Shown in pieces: positions 26,223 to 34,613 of a DNA stretch of 41,368 bases. The notes below the pieces were generated by a model that worked only from the letters and a program-made list of their open reading frames with translations, was not told the origin of the DNA and made no database searches. Position 1 is the stretch's first letter; each line of letters opens with the position of its first letter. The stretch is from Abditibacteriaceae bacterium (GTDB taxonomy: Bacteria; Armatimonadota; Abditibacteriia; Abditibacteriales; Abditibacteriaceae), in contig JANPJS010000037.1 in assembly GCA_031425655.1 (NCBI GenBank), positions 1-41,368 of the forward strand, given 5' to 3'. The position numbers and the translations under genes are program-made.

Positions 26223-28067
26223 TCAATCCACTGGTGTGAGATGCAAGGCGTGCAAGCGGATGCCGCTGCCTTTGACGGCTTCGGCGGGTTTAAGCGTGAG
26301 CGTTTGCGACCCGGCGGCGCTGAAAGTGATGATGCCCTGGCGCACCACGAGAAAGCGAGGCCGCAGTTTTTCGCCGGTGGTTTCGGTGAGGTAGGCGCGC
26401 AGTGTGCTGCCTTTTTCGGCGACCAAATCCCACGGCGAATCGGCGTCGGGCTTGGGGGCATTATATTCGTAGTCCACGAAGTAGCGGCCCGGCTTGTGCA
26501 GGTTGATCGTCCACTGCGCGCTGCTTTGCAAATCTTTCCAGTCGCCGATTTTGGTGACGTGCTTCCACTCGCCGAACTTTTCCATCCACGAATCTTTGCC
26601 CGCTTTGGCACCGCTGGCCGTGGCGAAGTCGCTCAGCAAAACCGTGGTGCGCTGCGGATCAATGCCATAGGCGGCGCTATCCACTTGCGGGGCGCCGTCC
26701 AAGGTAACGGCGATGACAGGCACGATTTCGCCCGCGCGTTGCAGCGGCAGTTGCAGGCGCGTCCAACCGTCTTTGCCTTGTGTGAACTCGATTTTTTGCG
26801 GTTTGGCACCGCCTAAGGTGGCGCTGACAATTTTGTTTTTCAAGCCGGGCAGATACAATTCGCCGCCCGCTTGCCAGTCGAAAACGTGCAGATATAGCGT
26901 GCTATTTTGCACGGTGCAATCGCCCCACGGCAGTTGGCGCTGCCAGGGTGAAGGCTTCGCGCCGTAAATCGCTTTGCCGTAGCGCTTTAGCCACGGCCCG
27001 GCGCCTTCGAGGAACTTGGCGCAGGTTTCGGGAATGGTGCCATCGCCGCGCGGCCCGATGTTCAGCATATAGTTGCCGCCGCGCGCGGTAACGCGAATCA
27101 GGCGACGCAGCACTTCGCCGGTGTCTTTCCAGTTTTCGTCATACCACGCGTAGCCCCACGAATCGTTGGTGGTGTCCACCGCTTCCCAGAGGCCATCCAC
27201 GTTGCGCGGCGGGATTTCGTGGTCGCCGTAGGTTGAATAATCCCCTACTCCGTTGCCGATGCGGCTGTTAATCAGCGCTTGCGGCTGGCGTTTGCGAATC
27301 AGGTCTACCAAAGCCTGCGACTGCTCGCGCGTCATGTTGCCCGGCGTGTCGAACCAAATCATGGCCAGCGGGCCATAGTTGGTGCACAGCTCGTCCACCT
27401 GCGGCAGGATTTTTTGCTGGAACATTTGCTCGAACGAGACTTTGGGCAAGTCTTTGTCCCAGTCGTTAATTTCGTGCCAGTCCTGAAACTGCGAATAGTA
27501 GAAACCAAGTTGCAAGCCTTCGGCGCGGCAGGCGTCGGCCAGTTCTTTCATCGGGTCACGCTTGAAGGGCGTGGCATCCACGATGTTAAAGGGATGCGCC
27601 GACTTGAACATGGCAAAGCCCTCATGGTGCTTGGCGGTGATGACGATGTAGCGAAACCCAGCGGCTTTGGCAAAACGCACCCACGCCTTGGCGTCGAACT
27701 TCGTGGGGTTAAAGTCCTTGGCGGTGGCGTCGTAATCTTTCACCGGCACGCGCATTTGGCGCGTCAGCCATTCGCCGATGCCATAAAGCGTCTTGCCATC
27801 CCAGCGATTGGCGTGGTTGGAAAACAGGCTCCAGTGGATGAACAGCGCGTATTTCGAGGCTTTGAACCATTCGGCCCGCGCGCCTTGCTTGAGTGGCTGC
27901 ACCGCTGTGTCGCCCCACATTTCGTTCATTTCGGCTTTGGTTTCGGTTTTAATATCCGGTTTGGTCATAGGCTTGGAAGGTGCTGCAAAGGCAGCACAGG
28001 TCAACGTCGTGGTTGCAGCGGCAACGGCACCGCAGCGCAGGAAAGCGAAAGTGCTGGATTTTTTCAT
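26223..28067 (-). CDS. alpha-L-fucosidase (GH29)
   Basis: LFIHW, FNPTKFDAKAW, ITAKHHEGF, IWFD nucleophile, NSRIG, RGGNYMLNIGP. Confidence 0.95.
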   Translation of the reverse strand: MKKSSTFAFLRCGAVAAATTTLTCAAFAAPSKPMTKPDIKTETKAEMNEMWGDTAVQPLKQGARAEWFKASKYALFIHWSLFSNHANRWDGKTLYGIGEWLTRQMRVPVKDYDATAKDFNPTKFDAKAWVRFAKAAGFRYIVITAKHHEGFAMFKSAHPFNIVDATPFKRDPMKELADACRAEGLQLGFYYSQFQDWHEINDWDKDLPKVSFEQMFQQKILPQVDELCTNYGPLAMIWFDTPGNMTREQSQALVDLIRKRQPQALINSRIGNGVGDYSTYGDHEIPPRNVDGLWEAVDTTNDSWGYAWYDENWKDTGEVLRRLIRVTARGGNYMLNIGPRGDGTIPETCAKFLEGAGPWLKRYGKAIYGAKPSPWQRQLPWGDCTVQNSTLYLHVFDWQAGGELYLPGLKNKIVSATLGGAKPQKIEFTQGKDGWTRLQLPLQRAGEIVPVIAVTLDGAPQVDSAAYGIDPQRTTVLLSDFATASGAKAGKDSWMEKFGEWKHVTKIGDWKDLQSSAQWTINLHKPGRYFVDYEYNAPKPDADSPWDLVAEKGSTLRAYLTETTGEKLRPRFLVVRQGIITFSAAGSQTLTLKPAEAVKGSGIRLHALHLTPVD

Positions 28068-28156
28068 AGAAAGTTCCGGGGGACAACGCGCCTAAAGCAT
28101 TTTAACCCCTCGCGCCCAGCGTGTGGCGCTTGCGATGAGACAAGGCAATCGCATGA

Positions 28157-28288
28157 GCCTTGTGCCACCCGGTCATAAATAACCGAGCTGAAACATAAAG
28201 CCCCTTCGGGGCGGCGAGAAGGCCTCGGAATAGCCTTGGAGAGGCTTCGTATTTCAGCCCGGTCATTTATGACCGGGTGGCACAAGGC
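28157..28288. repeat. Inverted pair of 37-bp palindromic REP-like elements (second family)
   Basis: GCCTTGTGCCACCCGGTCATAAATAACCGAGCTGAAA (28157-28193) and its near-perfect reverse complement (28252-28288), with an inner GCCCCTTCGGGGC hairpin. Confidence 0.8.
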
Positions 28289-28303
28289 ATTTTTGTGTCT
28301 CCT

Positions 28304-28345
28304 GCGTTCGCGACGCGATGAGATGCGTTCGCGACGCGATGAGAT
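28304..28345 (+). repeat. 21-bp tandem duplication GCGTTCGCGACGCGATGAGAT x2
   Basis: Read directly from the sequence. Confidence 0.85.
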
Positions 28346-28428
28346 ACGGTTGCAGGCACCGGAGACGCATTTGCGGCCACCTGAGAAGCGTCCGCGACGA
28401 CCTAAAACCTCATCGCACCGCTGGCTCG

Positions 28429-29631
28429 CTATGCTTCGCTGTCCACCGCAAAAGCGCGGTGCAGCAGCGTTTGAAACAGGTGTTCGGCCTGACGCTCCGC
28501 CTCGATTTGCCCCGCCCGCAGTCGCTCGAAACGCTGCACGATGACGGCGAATTCGCGTTGCTTTTCGATGGGGGGCATGAGAACTTCAATTCTCTGTAGC
28601 CCATCTTGGTTAATGCCTGAAATGGTTGAGCGCGTCACATAAGGCAAAACCCGTTTGGGCCTTCCAACCTCGCTCGCCAAATAACAATACAGGTAAATGG
28701 GAAGCAACTTATCTTGATCGGGGGTAATGCGAATCATGGATGATTCACAAACCAGTGGGTCAAGCGAAGACGGAATTAAACAAGGCTTTGCTGCCCCTTC
28801 ATAATTGAGCGAACGCCGTGCTACAAGCAGATCATTAGGAGTCAGATAATATTTTTCCAGCCCCTTAAATCCACTTCTAACTCTCTTGAGGTTACCCCTT
28901 ACAACAACGTCGTAAAAAAGGTCAGACATGTGAACCATTTCTACGCCATCTACTTCACTACCTCTAACATAATCTTCGGCGGGGACATATAAACCATTCT
29001 GTGGTGCCTTTTGGAGAACGTCCCCCAATCTTTCCATCTCCCACCCCATCGGATTCGTCACCGGGTCGCCGAACATCTGCAAAAACACGCTTTGCAAAAA
29101 CGTGTCGCTCATCTGGCGCGCGAAACGGCGGGTGCGGCGCAAATGGTCGGCGCGTTCCAAAATCGCGGCGATGCGACGCTGTTCGGACAGAGGCGGCAGG
29201 GGGATTCGCACATCCTCCATAATCTCTTTTGTAACCTCGGCGAATGTCGCCCCACGCCCCATTGAGATAATTTGCGGAGTGAAATGGCGCAGAGCATAGT
29301 AGCCGTAAAGAGAAAATAACCTTTGATTAGGAATCAAGCTTTTAAAGCCTTGGTTGGTGCAAATTGGTGTTGAAACGACGGCACAATGGCCGATTGGCGC
29401 ACGGCTGCTAAATAAAATAGCACCTTCCGGTAACATCCGAGCGGAGCAGTTTTTCAAGCCCGCTTCTGTGATTTTGCGGACTTGGCCTTTGAAGTAAGGG
29501 CTATGCCAATTTGTTAAATCCGCCGGAGTAATCCACGGAATGCTACCATTCCAATACTCTTTTACATCCGTTTTGGGCGTTGCTCCCGAAACTATAGTCC
29601 CCAGTTCGCCCAAAGGCACCAATTCACTCAC
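28429..29631 (-). CDS. hsdS: Type I restriction-modification specificity subunit
   Basis: SGATPK..YWNGSIPWIT, FSSRAPIG, TNQGF, IPLPPLSEQRRIAAIL, FGDPVTNPMGW, PPIEKQREF. Two AT-rich TRDs alternate with GC-rich conserved regions. GTG start at 29631 after AAAAGGGG. Confidence 0.95.
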   Translation of the reverse strand: MSELVPLGELGTIVSGATPKTDVKEYWNGSIPWITPADLTNWHSPYFKGQVRKITEAGLKNCSARMLPEGAILFSSRAPIGHCAVVSTPICTNQGFKSLIPNQRLFSLYGYYALRHFTPQIISMGRGATFAEVTKEIMEDVRIPLPPLSEQRRIAAILERADHLRRTRRFARQMSDTFLQSVFLQMFGDPVTNPMGWEMERLGDVLQKAPQNGLYVPAEDYVRGSEVDGVEMVHMSDLFYDVVVRGNLKRVRSGFKGLEKYYLTPNDLLVARRSLNYEGAAKPCLIPSSLDPLVCESSMIRITPDQDKLLPIYLYCYLASEVGRPKRVLPYVTRSTISGINQDGLQRIEVLMPPIEKQREFAVIVQRFERLRAGQIEAERQAEHLFQTLLHRAFAVDSEA

Positions 29632-29703
29632 GCTAACAACCCCTTTTCTGCTTGGCACTGGCCCACTATGGTCGCCGCGCAAGGCCGAAAGGCGCGCGTT
29701 TTT

Positions 29704-30094
29704 GGAGTGCGGCGGCTTGCCGCCGCTTTGCACAGCCGGTTTACCGGCGTCAGGCGCAGCGCATCGGAGTTAACGGCGGCAAGCCGCCTGCGAAAGCGAG
29801 AGCAAGCTCTCGCACTCCATAGGTGCATTCGCGATTGATTTGGAGTGCGGGGGCTTGCCGCCGCTTTGCACAGCCGGTTTACCGGCGTCAGGCGCGGCGC
29901 ATCGGAGCTAACGGCGGCAAGCCGCCTGCGAAAGCGAGAGCAAGCTCCCGCACTCCATAGGTGCATTCGCGATTGATTTGGAGTGCGGGGGCTTGCCGCC
30001 GCTTTACGCAGCCGGTTCACCGGCGTCAGGCGCGGCGTATCGGAGTTGACGGCGGCAAGCCGCCTGCAAAAGCGAGAGCAAACTCTCGCACTCC
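29704..30094. repeat. BIME/REPIN-like array: three tandem units at 138-bp period, each an inverted pair of GGAG-REPs
   Basis: GGAGTGCGG.GGCTTGCCGCCGCTTT at 29704, 29842 and 29980. Each unit is closed by AAAGCGAGAGCAA.CTC.CGCACTCC, with inner palindromes GCCGGTT.ACCGGC and GGCGGCAAGCCGCC. Confidence 0.92.
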
Positions 30095-30104
30095 AAAGGC
30101 GCAA

Positions 30105-30629
30105 TTAAAAATCGTCCGGCACGTTCAGCCGGTCTATGGGGAAACTTTCTAACGTGCGCACGAAAGAGGTCGCCGCTGTTTTTTCAAACCAACTCGCCGA
30201 GCAAAAGCGGTAGTCGCGCGCGTCTGTCACCAAACCGTGGCGCACCGGGTTTTGATGTGTATAGCGCAAGCGGGCTAAATACGACTTCTCGTAGGTCAGC
30301 CTCGTATCCCAACTTTGATACCACACCTGTCGGCCTGCGCAATCATCCAGACGATTTAGCTGCCGTGCCGTATTGCCATGCAGATGGCCTAAAAAGCGTC
30401 CCAGATTCTGTGGTGCCGCGACACAGCGAGCCACGAAGTGGTAATGGTTCGAGAAAATCGCCCATGCTTCGAGTTGCCACTGATATTGCTCTGCCAGAGT
30501 GAACAGTTCATGCTGCACGATTTCCAGACGCCCGTCATCTTGGAAGAGGTGCCGCTTATACAGCGTTGCACTCGTAACCATAAAAATGGTGGCGCCATCA
30601 AAGCGATGAACTGGCGCGTGTGGCCACAT
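30105..30629 (-). mobile_element. REP-associated tyrosine (HUH/Y1) transposase, RAYT/TnpA(REP), 174 aa
   Basis: FMVT, AWAIFSNHYH (HUH), VWYQSWD, RYTHQNPVRHGLV (catalytic Tyr), Y.FCSA. Flanked on both sides by GGAG-REPs. Confidence 0.92.
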
Positions 30630-30644
30630 AGTTTCGCCTTTTTT

Positions 30645-30761
30645 GGAGTGCGGGAGATTGCTCCCGCTTTCAAGAGCCGCCTTGGCGGCTTCGGACTCCC
30701 GCGTCTCACACCTGACGGCGATAAGTCGCCTGTTCAAAGCGGGAGCAAGCTTCCGCACTCC
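30645..30761. repeat. Inverted GGAG-REP pair upstream of the RAYT
   Basis: GGAGTGCGGGAGATTGCTCCCGCTTT ... AAAGCGGGAGCAAGCTTCCGCACTCC with inner palindromes. Confidence 0.9.
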
Positions 30762-30768
30762 ACAGAAG

Positions 30769-33516
30769 TTATGCCGCTAATCTCCCTGCTAAATCAATCA
30801 ACTGCGCGATGTCGTTATTGGTAAAAAGGCGCTCGGCGGCATTGAGGCCAAAGGCGGTGAACGGCTCGTCGTGGAGGTCGGCTTCCTGAAGTTTGCGCCG
30901 CTCCACAAAGGTATTCTGCGCGGCGCGCAAAAACCGAATCTGGTCGCCGTTATAGCTGCGCTGTTGAATATGCTGGTCGAAAGCGGCTTTCACGATGCTT
31001 TCGTAATCCGGCAGGCCGTCCAGTTCCAAAAGCAGGCGCACAAAGGTCAGAAAATCTTTCACTTTCCAGCCGAAAGCTTTGGCGATATTGCTGCGCGTGA
31101 GATACAAATCTTCGCCTAAAGCCTGATGCAAAGCGCGTTCCAGATCGAGCAAAGCGGCGTTATCCACCGGCACACCGTTGCGAATGGCTTTTATCGCCGG
31201 GTGCGCCGCGATGATTTCCATAGCGCGCTTCTCGACTTTTTCGCGATAAACCGCAACGTGCACCTGCTCGCCACCTTCGCCCAACGAAATAAAACCGCGA
31301 CTGGCGATTTTATCGGCCAAATCAATCACGATGAAGGAGTTTTCTTTTTCGCGCCGCTTTTTCATTTGCGGCCCCAGTGCGCGCCCCACCTGCGCTATCG
31401 TGCCTAAATCGGCCTCCACCAATTCACCGTTCAGACATTTCTCGACGAGTGGTGCTAATTGGGGGTCGTTGGCGACAAATTCCGGTAAGCGCGCCACATC
31501 TTCGGCGATGCTGTTGGCGATTTCGCTGCCGTCTTTTTGAGTGAGCCGCGCCAGTTTCAAACGCTCGGTTTTGTTGATAAACGTGGCTTCCTGCACGTCC
31601 ACATTTACGGCATAGCGCAAAAACGGGCCAACTTTGAGCTTTAGGAAGCTGATTTTATCGGCGGTGATGAATTTCCAAAACTCGTCTTTCCAAACCGTCT
31701 CGATTTCCGGCCACACGCGCTTCACCGCGAAAGCATCGGTCGGAATCTGCGCCACCATGCCACGCAATGCCGCCACCGTTTCGGCATAATCGGGCGAAGT
31801 GCGTTTGGCTTGTAAGGCACTCAGAATTTTTAGGCGGTTGTTCCAGATGGAAACCAAAACCGGCACCGGCTCGACCACTTTGTCATCGGCGTCTTTTTTG
31901 AAATCGTTGTCCCAAAAGTCGATAATCTGAAAGCCGCTCTTTTTGCCGTCCGGCAAGCGGTCGAAGAAACGGCAGGCGTCGTTGCTGCGCGTGCCGCGCC
32001 CGATCATTTGCCACAGCTTAATGCGCGACTGCACCGGCCTCATAAAAACGAGGTTCACCACTTCGGGCACGTCCACGCCGGTATCCAGCATATCCACCGA
32101 CACCGCAATGCGCGGCAGGTCGTTTTTCTTAAATTTGCTAATCAGCCCGTCGCCATAAGAGCCGTCGTGCACGCGCTCGGTTTTCGAGGTAATCACCTGA
32201 ATCATGCCCACATATTGCGGGAACATTTTTTCAAACACGTCGCGAATGCGGCCTGCGTGCGCCATTGTCATGGCAAAAACCAAAGTTTTGCCCGGCAACT
32301 GCCCACCCTGATCGCGCAGCGCCACGTCCATGATTTCCGTCCATTGGCGGCGCAAGGTATCCACGTTGGAAACCTCTTTTTCCAGTTCACTCCCTTCAAA
32401 ATCAATCTCGTCGGGGTCAAATCCTTGTTCAATCAGGGCGTTTTTGTCTTCTTCGGAAAGCTCCGCGCCTTTAATGCCGTCGCGCTGAAAGCCGGTCTGC
32501 GCTTTATAAAGCGAAAAATCCACCAGATACTTTTCGTCTACCGCCTGCTGATAGGTATAGTTGAAGGTCGGCGCTTTATCTTCGCAGCCGAACACATTAA
32601 AAGTATTGCGCGCCACTAAGTCGGCGGGCGTGGCCGTGAGGCCAATAAAGCGCGCATCGAAGTAATCCAGCACCGACGAAAAGCGATTGAAAATCGAGCG
32701 ATGCGATTCGTCCAGCACAATCGCATCAAAAAAACCCGGCGAAAACTTATCGTAGCACAAGCTCATGGTCTGTTCGGTAGCCACATAAAGGCGCTGATCG
32801 GTTTGCACATCGTAGGTGTAAATGCGCCTGCGCGGCTCGTGCGGCAAATGGGCCTTAAAGCCATCGGTAAGCGCTTGCTCCACAAGCGTTTCGCGGTCGG
32901 CCAAAAACAAAACATTCTGCACCTGCCTCGCCTTCAAAAACAGGTCGATCATGCCCATGGTCGTGCGCGTTTTGCCGGTGCCGGTCGCCATTACCACCAA
33001 GGCGCGGCGCTTTCCTTGGCTAAATGCCTCCGCCACGCGTCGAATCGCTTCGTGCTGGTAAGGGCGATCTACAATCGTGGAATTAATGGCAATTTCCAAA
33101 TGAGGAATGCTGTTTTGCCGCAAAAACAACAAGCGCTCCAAATCGGCCAGCGTAAAGAAGCCACTCACCAGACGCGGATTGGTTAACCCCACTTCCCAGA
33201 AATGCACATCCAGCCCGTTGGTCATAAATCCAAACGGCGCGAACTCCTGCTGCTTGGCGATTTCCGTAACGTAATGGCGCAACTGCTCATCGGCATCGCG
33301 GGCATTGCGCGCGCGTTTTTTCGCTTCGACCACGGCAATAATGCGCCCGGCATCGTCGTGTAAAACGTAATCGGTGATGCCGTTCCACGGCTCGGCATTG
33401 TAGCCATCCACCGGCACTTCGATGCCCACGCGCGCTGGGTTATCCACATTCCAACCGGCGCGCAGCAACATAGGGTCGATAAATTCTTTGCGAGTCACAC
33501 CTTCGTTTTTTTGCAT
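30769..33516 (-). CDS. hsdR: Type I restriction endonuclease subunit R (EcoEI/EcoAI-like)
   Basis: Nuclease motif TDYVL...VVEAKK and QLRHY, MATGTGKT, DESH, GLTATP, DMLDTGVDVP, QMIGRGTR, EcoEI-like C-terminus. ATG at 33516 preferred. Confidence 0.95.
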   Translation of the reverse strand: MQKNEGVTRKEFIDPMLLRAGWNVDNPARVGIEVPVDGYNAEPWNGITDYVLHDDAGRIIAVVEAKKRARNARDADEQLRHYVTEIAKQQEFAPFGFMTNGLDVHFWEVGLTNPRLVSGFFTLADLERLLFLRQNSIPHLEIAINSTIVDRPYQHEAIRRVAEAFSQGKRRALVVMATGTGKTRTTMGMIDLFLKARQVQNVLFLADRETLVEQALTDGFKAHLPHEPRRRIYTYDVQTDQRLYVATEQTMSLCYDKFSPGFFDAIVLDESHRSIFNRFSSVLDYFDARFIGLTATPADLVARNTFNVFGCEDKAPTFNYTYQQAVDEKYLVDFSLYKAQTGFQRDGIKGAELSEEDKNALIEQGFDPDEIDFEGSELEKEVSNVDTLRRQWTEIMDVALRDQGGQLPGKTLVFAMTMAHAGRIRDVFEKMFPQYVGMIQVITSKTERVHDGSYGDGLISKFKKNDLPRIAVSVDMLDTGVDVPEVVNLVFMRPVQSRIKLWQMIGRGTRSNDACRFFDRLPDGKKSGFQIIDFWDNDFKKDADDKVVEPVPVLVSIWNNRLKILSALQAKRTSPDYAETVAALRGMVAQIPTDAFAVKRVWPEIETVWKDEFWKFITADKISFLKLKVGPFLRYAVNVDVQEATFINKTERLKLARLTQKDGSEIANSIAEDVARLPEFVANDPQLAPLVEKCLNGELVEADLGTIAQVGRALGPQMKKRREKENSFIVIDLADKIASRGFISLGEGGEQVHVAVYREKVEKRAMEIIAAHPAIKAIRNGVPVDNAALLDLERALHQALGEDLYLTRSNIAKAFGWKVKDFLTFVRLLLELDGLPDYESIVKAAFDQHIQQRSYNGDQIRFLRAAQNTFVERRKLQEADLHDEPFTAFGLNAAERLFTNNDIAQLIDLAGRLAA

Positions 33517-33577
33517 GGAAAATATATTTTTCACTATTTTGCCGATTACATAAGCGGGCGGGAGCAATTTTTGGCAC

Positions 33578-34312
33578 TTAGCGGGGGGCTTGCACCAGAG
33601 AAATGCCGTAAAAGCGCACGGCGTTTTCGTGAAAAACCTTGGCGCCAGCTCGTGGCCCTTTGCCGTCGAAATACTCCGTAGTCAGATTAAGCACCGAGGT
33701 GTAATCGCCCGACAACTCCGTCACGGGCCAATCGCTGCCGTAGAGGAGGCAGTCTTCGCCAAAGCACTCGAAAACCAGATCGAGCACCGGCTTGTAAAAG
33801 GCGATGTCGCGCGGTGCGGGCTGTTGCTTCACACGGCCATAGAGAGCGGAGACTTTGCAAAACACGTTCGAAAATTGGGCCACGGCGCGCAGCTTTGCCA
33901 CCCATTCGGCATCAAGAGGCTGCTCATTGAGTTGCACATTGCCAAAGTGATTGAGGATGATTTTTAGCTTCGGCACTCGCTTGGCGATGGTGGTCACATC
34001 GTCCAAGCTGTAGGCACCCGCGAGAATGTCGAGGGTTTTTCCTTTGGCGGCGGTGAGTTCCAAATCTCGAAAAAAGGCCTCGGTCAGCTTTTCCTGATAG
34101 CGCCCCGAAAGCCGATAGCCGACGTAGCGTTCGTCGCGGCAAAGCGTTTCGAAGAGCGGCTGAAATTCATCGGTGCCGATCACTTTCGAGAGGTTGCCCA
34201 CCACGCCCCGATAGAGCTGCTTGTTCTGTGCAGTGATGTCGAGGTTCCACTGATTGTCCGGCAAACTCTGCCCCGCTCGAATGTCGGCACCGCGCGCGGC
34301 GTAGTCGCCGGG
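33578..34312 (-). pseudogene. 5'-truncated amidohydrolase-2 (sugar lactonase-like)
   Basis: ILNHFG, NVFCKVSAL and FGEDCLLYGSDWPV are present. The N-terminal D.H.H metal motif is absent, and only PGDY...AGQSLPDN survives upstream. Confidence 0.75.
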
Positions 34313-34530
34313 GTCTCGGCGTCCTTTTTCACGGTGAGTGCAACGCGTGTTGCATGGGCATCATCGCCCAAAGTCACGCCTTTGGCTGTGGCCGCGCGCC
34401 GAATCTCCCCGGCGGCAAACTTCCCCGCCCCGCCCGTTGCCGGATCATTTGCCAACTCCACATTTGCGGCCATCGCAGGAACTGATAGCGCGACGAACAG
34501 GGCGGTGAAAAGTGTGAGGATGGGTTTCAT
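34313..34530 (-). pseudogene. 5' fragment of a secreted protein (MKPILTLFTALF..., FAAGEIRRA), joined out of frame to the amidohydrolase remnant
   Basis: A signal peptide and ~50 plausible residues, after which the frame runs into the amidohydrolase sequence and stops at 34180. Confidence 0.6.
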
Positions 34531-34613
34531 TGTTTGTCCTTGCAGAGCGGGGTTCGGCAGCGTCGGAATAGCGGCGTTTCGGGGGCAGCGCAATGGCGTT
34601 GTTTTGGAGGTGC

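Noticed and set aside
29704..30094. 138-bp periodic array as a CRISPR array
   Set aside because: The intervening sequences are near-identical rather than unique spacers, there are no cas genes, and the structure and adjacent HUH transposase fit REP/BIME.
29628..30104. 158-aa repetitive ORF, and the N-terminal extensions of hsdS and the RAYT
   Set aside because: They are translations of REP DNA; better starts with RBS-like sequences exist at 29631 and 30629.
34531..34613. Possible sulfatase C-terminal remnant (AAIPTLPNPAL) in the spacer
   Set aside because: Too short and low in information to support without a search.
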